Shown: positions 62,859-64,000 of the stretch, piece by piece
Layout of the letters: each line of letters starts with the position of its first letter
Numbering within the stretch: position 1 is the first letter of the stretch
Virus record (IMG/VR): IMGVR_UViG_3300024343_000011
Strand: one strand, 5' to 3'
Length of the DNA stretch: 64,000 bases
Source of the DNA: an uncultured virus (IMG/VR IMGVR_UViG_3300024343_000011)
Taxonomy: Duplodnaviria > Heunggongvirae > Uroviricota > Caudoviricetes > Crassvirales
The notes under the pieces: model-generated
Seen by the model: the letters and a program-made list of their open reading frames with translations, nothing else
What the model was told of the DNA's origin: nothing
Databases searched by the model: none
Position numbers and translations under genes: made by a program

Positions 62859-63099
62859 ACTTGTGGTTAAAATAGTCCGTACCAGATATGACCCAAGGCT
62901 CATACATCCCGTCAGTGCACGCTTGAACAATACATTTCTTTTCATCCGCAAGAGATTGCAATAACTGTTCCTTAAGGCTGACAGCCTCCTGCAGTGCTCC
63001 CATGTGAAAGTTTGAATCGTTACTGAGTGTCTGTGCCTGCGAGTGGAATGAGATCCTGCTCTCCACCTGCTGTAATAATTTTTGAATAGGGGTTTTCAT
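62836..63099 (-). CDS. hypothetical protein, distant member of the EK..I..A...G...DYFN..Y family
   Basis: C-terminus resembles the ORFs at 1-965. Confidence 0.55.
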   Translation of the reverse strand: MKTPIQKLLQQVESRISFHSQAQTLSNDSNFHMGALQEAVSLKEQLLQSLADEKKCIVQACTDGMYEPWVISGTDYFNHKYEKETGN

Positions 63100-63451
63100 A
63101 TGTCTTCTTTAATATATTAGTTCTCTGTTCTTGATACTTTGTCGGATCTTGGCCGGCAGATAGTCTGTTCTGGATGATTCTGTTCAACGCCTCGATCTGA
63201 TACTTATAAGTCTGTAGTTCTACGAACTTGGTTCCCATGACCCATCCATCGGCCTCGAATACCGCGTACTCTGAGTCCTTCAGCTTCTTGTAGAAGTCTC
63301 CGCCCAGCCTAGTGTTCTTGATGATGATCTTTCCGTTATTAAATCTCTCTATCTTGCATCCGTTCTGGATCGTGAATAGTGAGTCGTTGCCGATGAAGAA
63401 GGAATTATCCTTGTGTCTCAGCGCTTCGTTCCAAATGTCTTGTAATGTCAT
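63020..63451 (-). CDS. hypothetical protein
   Basis: 143-aa ORF overlapping its neighbours. Confidence 0.55.
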   Translation of the reverse strand: MTLQDIWNEALRHKDNSFFIGNDSLFTIQNGCKIERFNNGKIIIKNTRLGGDFYKKLKDSEYAVFEADGWVMGTKFVELQTYKYQIEALNRIIQNRLSAGQDPTKYQEQRTNILKKTYENPYSKIITAGGEQDLIPLAGTDTQ

Positions 63452-63857
63452 CGATTAGTTTGTTTTCTCTTGTGTAAAATTTCTTGTTAGCAATCCAGTC
63501 TGATACCAACTGCACTCCGTGGATCACAGTTGAGTGGTCTCTTCCTCCCATCAACTCACCGATCATTTTCAGCGTGAGTCTCATCCTTGTGTATACAAAG
63601 TGCATGAATAGGAAGCGGGCCTCTACGTGCTGTTGTGTTCTGGTCTTGACATTGAAGTCGTCGAAGTTCATGCCTGTCACGATCTCTACTGCCTCAATGA
63701 TCTCTATCAGTTCTCTTCTGTCCTCTGTACCCATGAATGTCATGCCAAGGCTCTTTCGCTTGGGCTCACACATCTTACTGATGATGGTTGCCACGTCATT
63801 GCCTGCAAAGTTATTGTACGGGCGATCGTTAAAGTATTTGATTAATTCTTTCTCCAT
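63405..63857 (-). CDS. DnaA C-terminal-like HTH protein
   Basis: EAR...M...LTLKMIGELMGGRDHSTVIHG. Confidence 0.8.
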   Translation of the reverse strand: MEKELIKYFNDRPYNNFAGNDVATIISKMCEPKRKSLGMTFMGTEDRRELIEIIEAVEIVTGMNFDDFNVKTRTQQHVEARFLFMHFVYTRMRLTLKMIGELMGGRDHSTVIHGVQLVSDWIANKKFYTRENKLIDDITRHLERSAETQG

Positions 63858-64000
63858 GTCTTTAAGTTGTCGTGAAATTCATTGAACCCTTCAATCGGGC
63901 GGTCATACTCAAACTCGTATGGGGTGGCCTCCACCACCTCCGTCTCTCTATTAAATAAGTTTTTGATTAGATTAATTATTTTGCTCATTGTTATTTGCGT

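Noticed and set aside
1..64000. Alternative genetic code, or prophage/integration module
   Set aside because: Core genes are uninterrupted in code 11 with TAG and TGA used as stops; no integrase, att-like context or host genes recognised.

Overview
Most of a ~64+ kb tailed dsDNA phage genome with podovirus-like organisation. The host is almost certainly Bacteroidota: TAnnTTTG -7 promoter boxes are abundant, Shine-Dalgarno motifs are not evident, and there is a BACON domain. Layout: (i) 1-6.3 kb, minus strand: small early/accessory genes; (ii) 6.3-6.7 kb: GC-rich divergent non-coding switch; (iii) 6.7-51.4 kb, plus strand: lysis, groEL-groES, head-spike/fibre modules with two homing endonucleases, small basic proteins, terminase, portal, scaffold, MCP, tail and a 3227-aa ejection-type protein; (iv) 51.4-64 kb, minus strand: phosphoesterase, class II RNR, MazG, VRR-NUC, helicase, primase, SSB, exonuclease, Sak-like recombinase and a DnaA-C-like protein. 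No DNA polymerase, RNA polymerase, integrase, CRISPR array or intact tRNA was seen. The most striking observation is in the early operon. Two type I hammerhead ribozymes and a tRNA-like minihelix each start at the upstream stop codon and end exactly 20 nt before the next ATG, suggesting a modular mRNA-dicing system. A second minihelix and an rrn-like boxA lie in the same operon. Other notable points: 11 genes have a promoter box exactly 4 nt before ATG (leaderless-like); a GIY-YIG endonuclease apparently carries a recoded replacement 3' end of its target gene; and an iteron/AT-rich origin-like element occurs twice. All calls are by eye from motifs; no searches were run.
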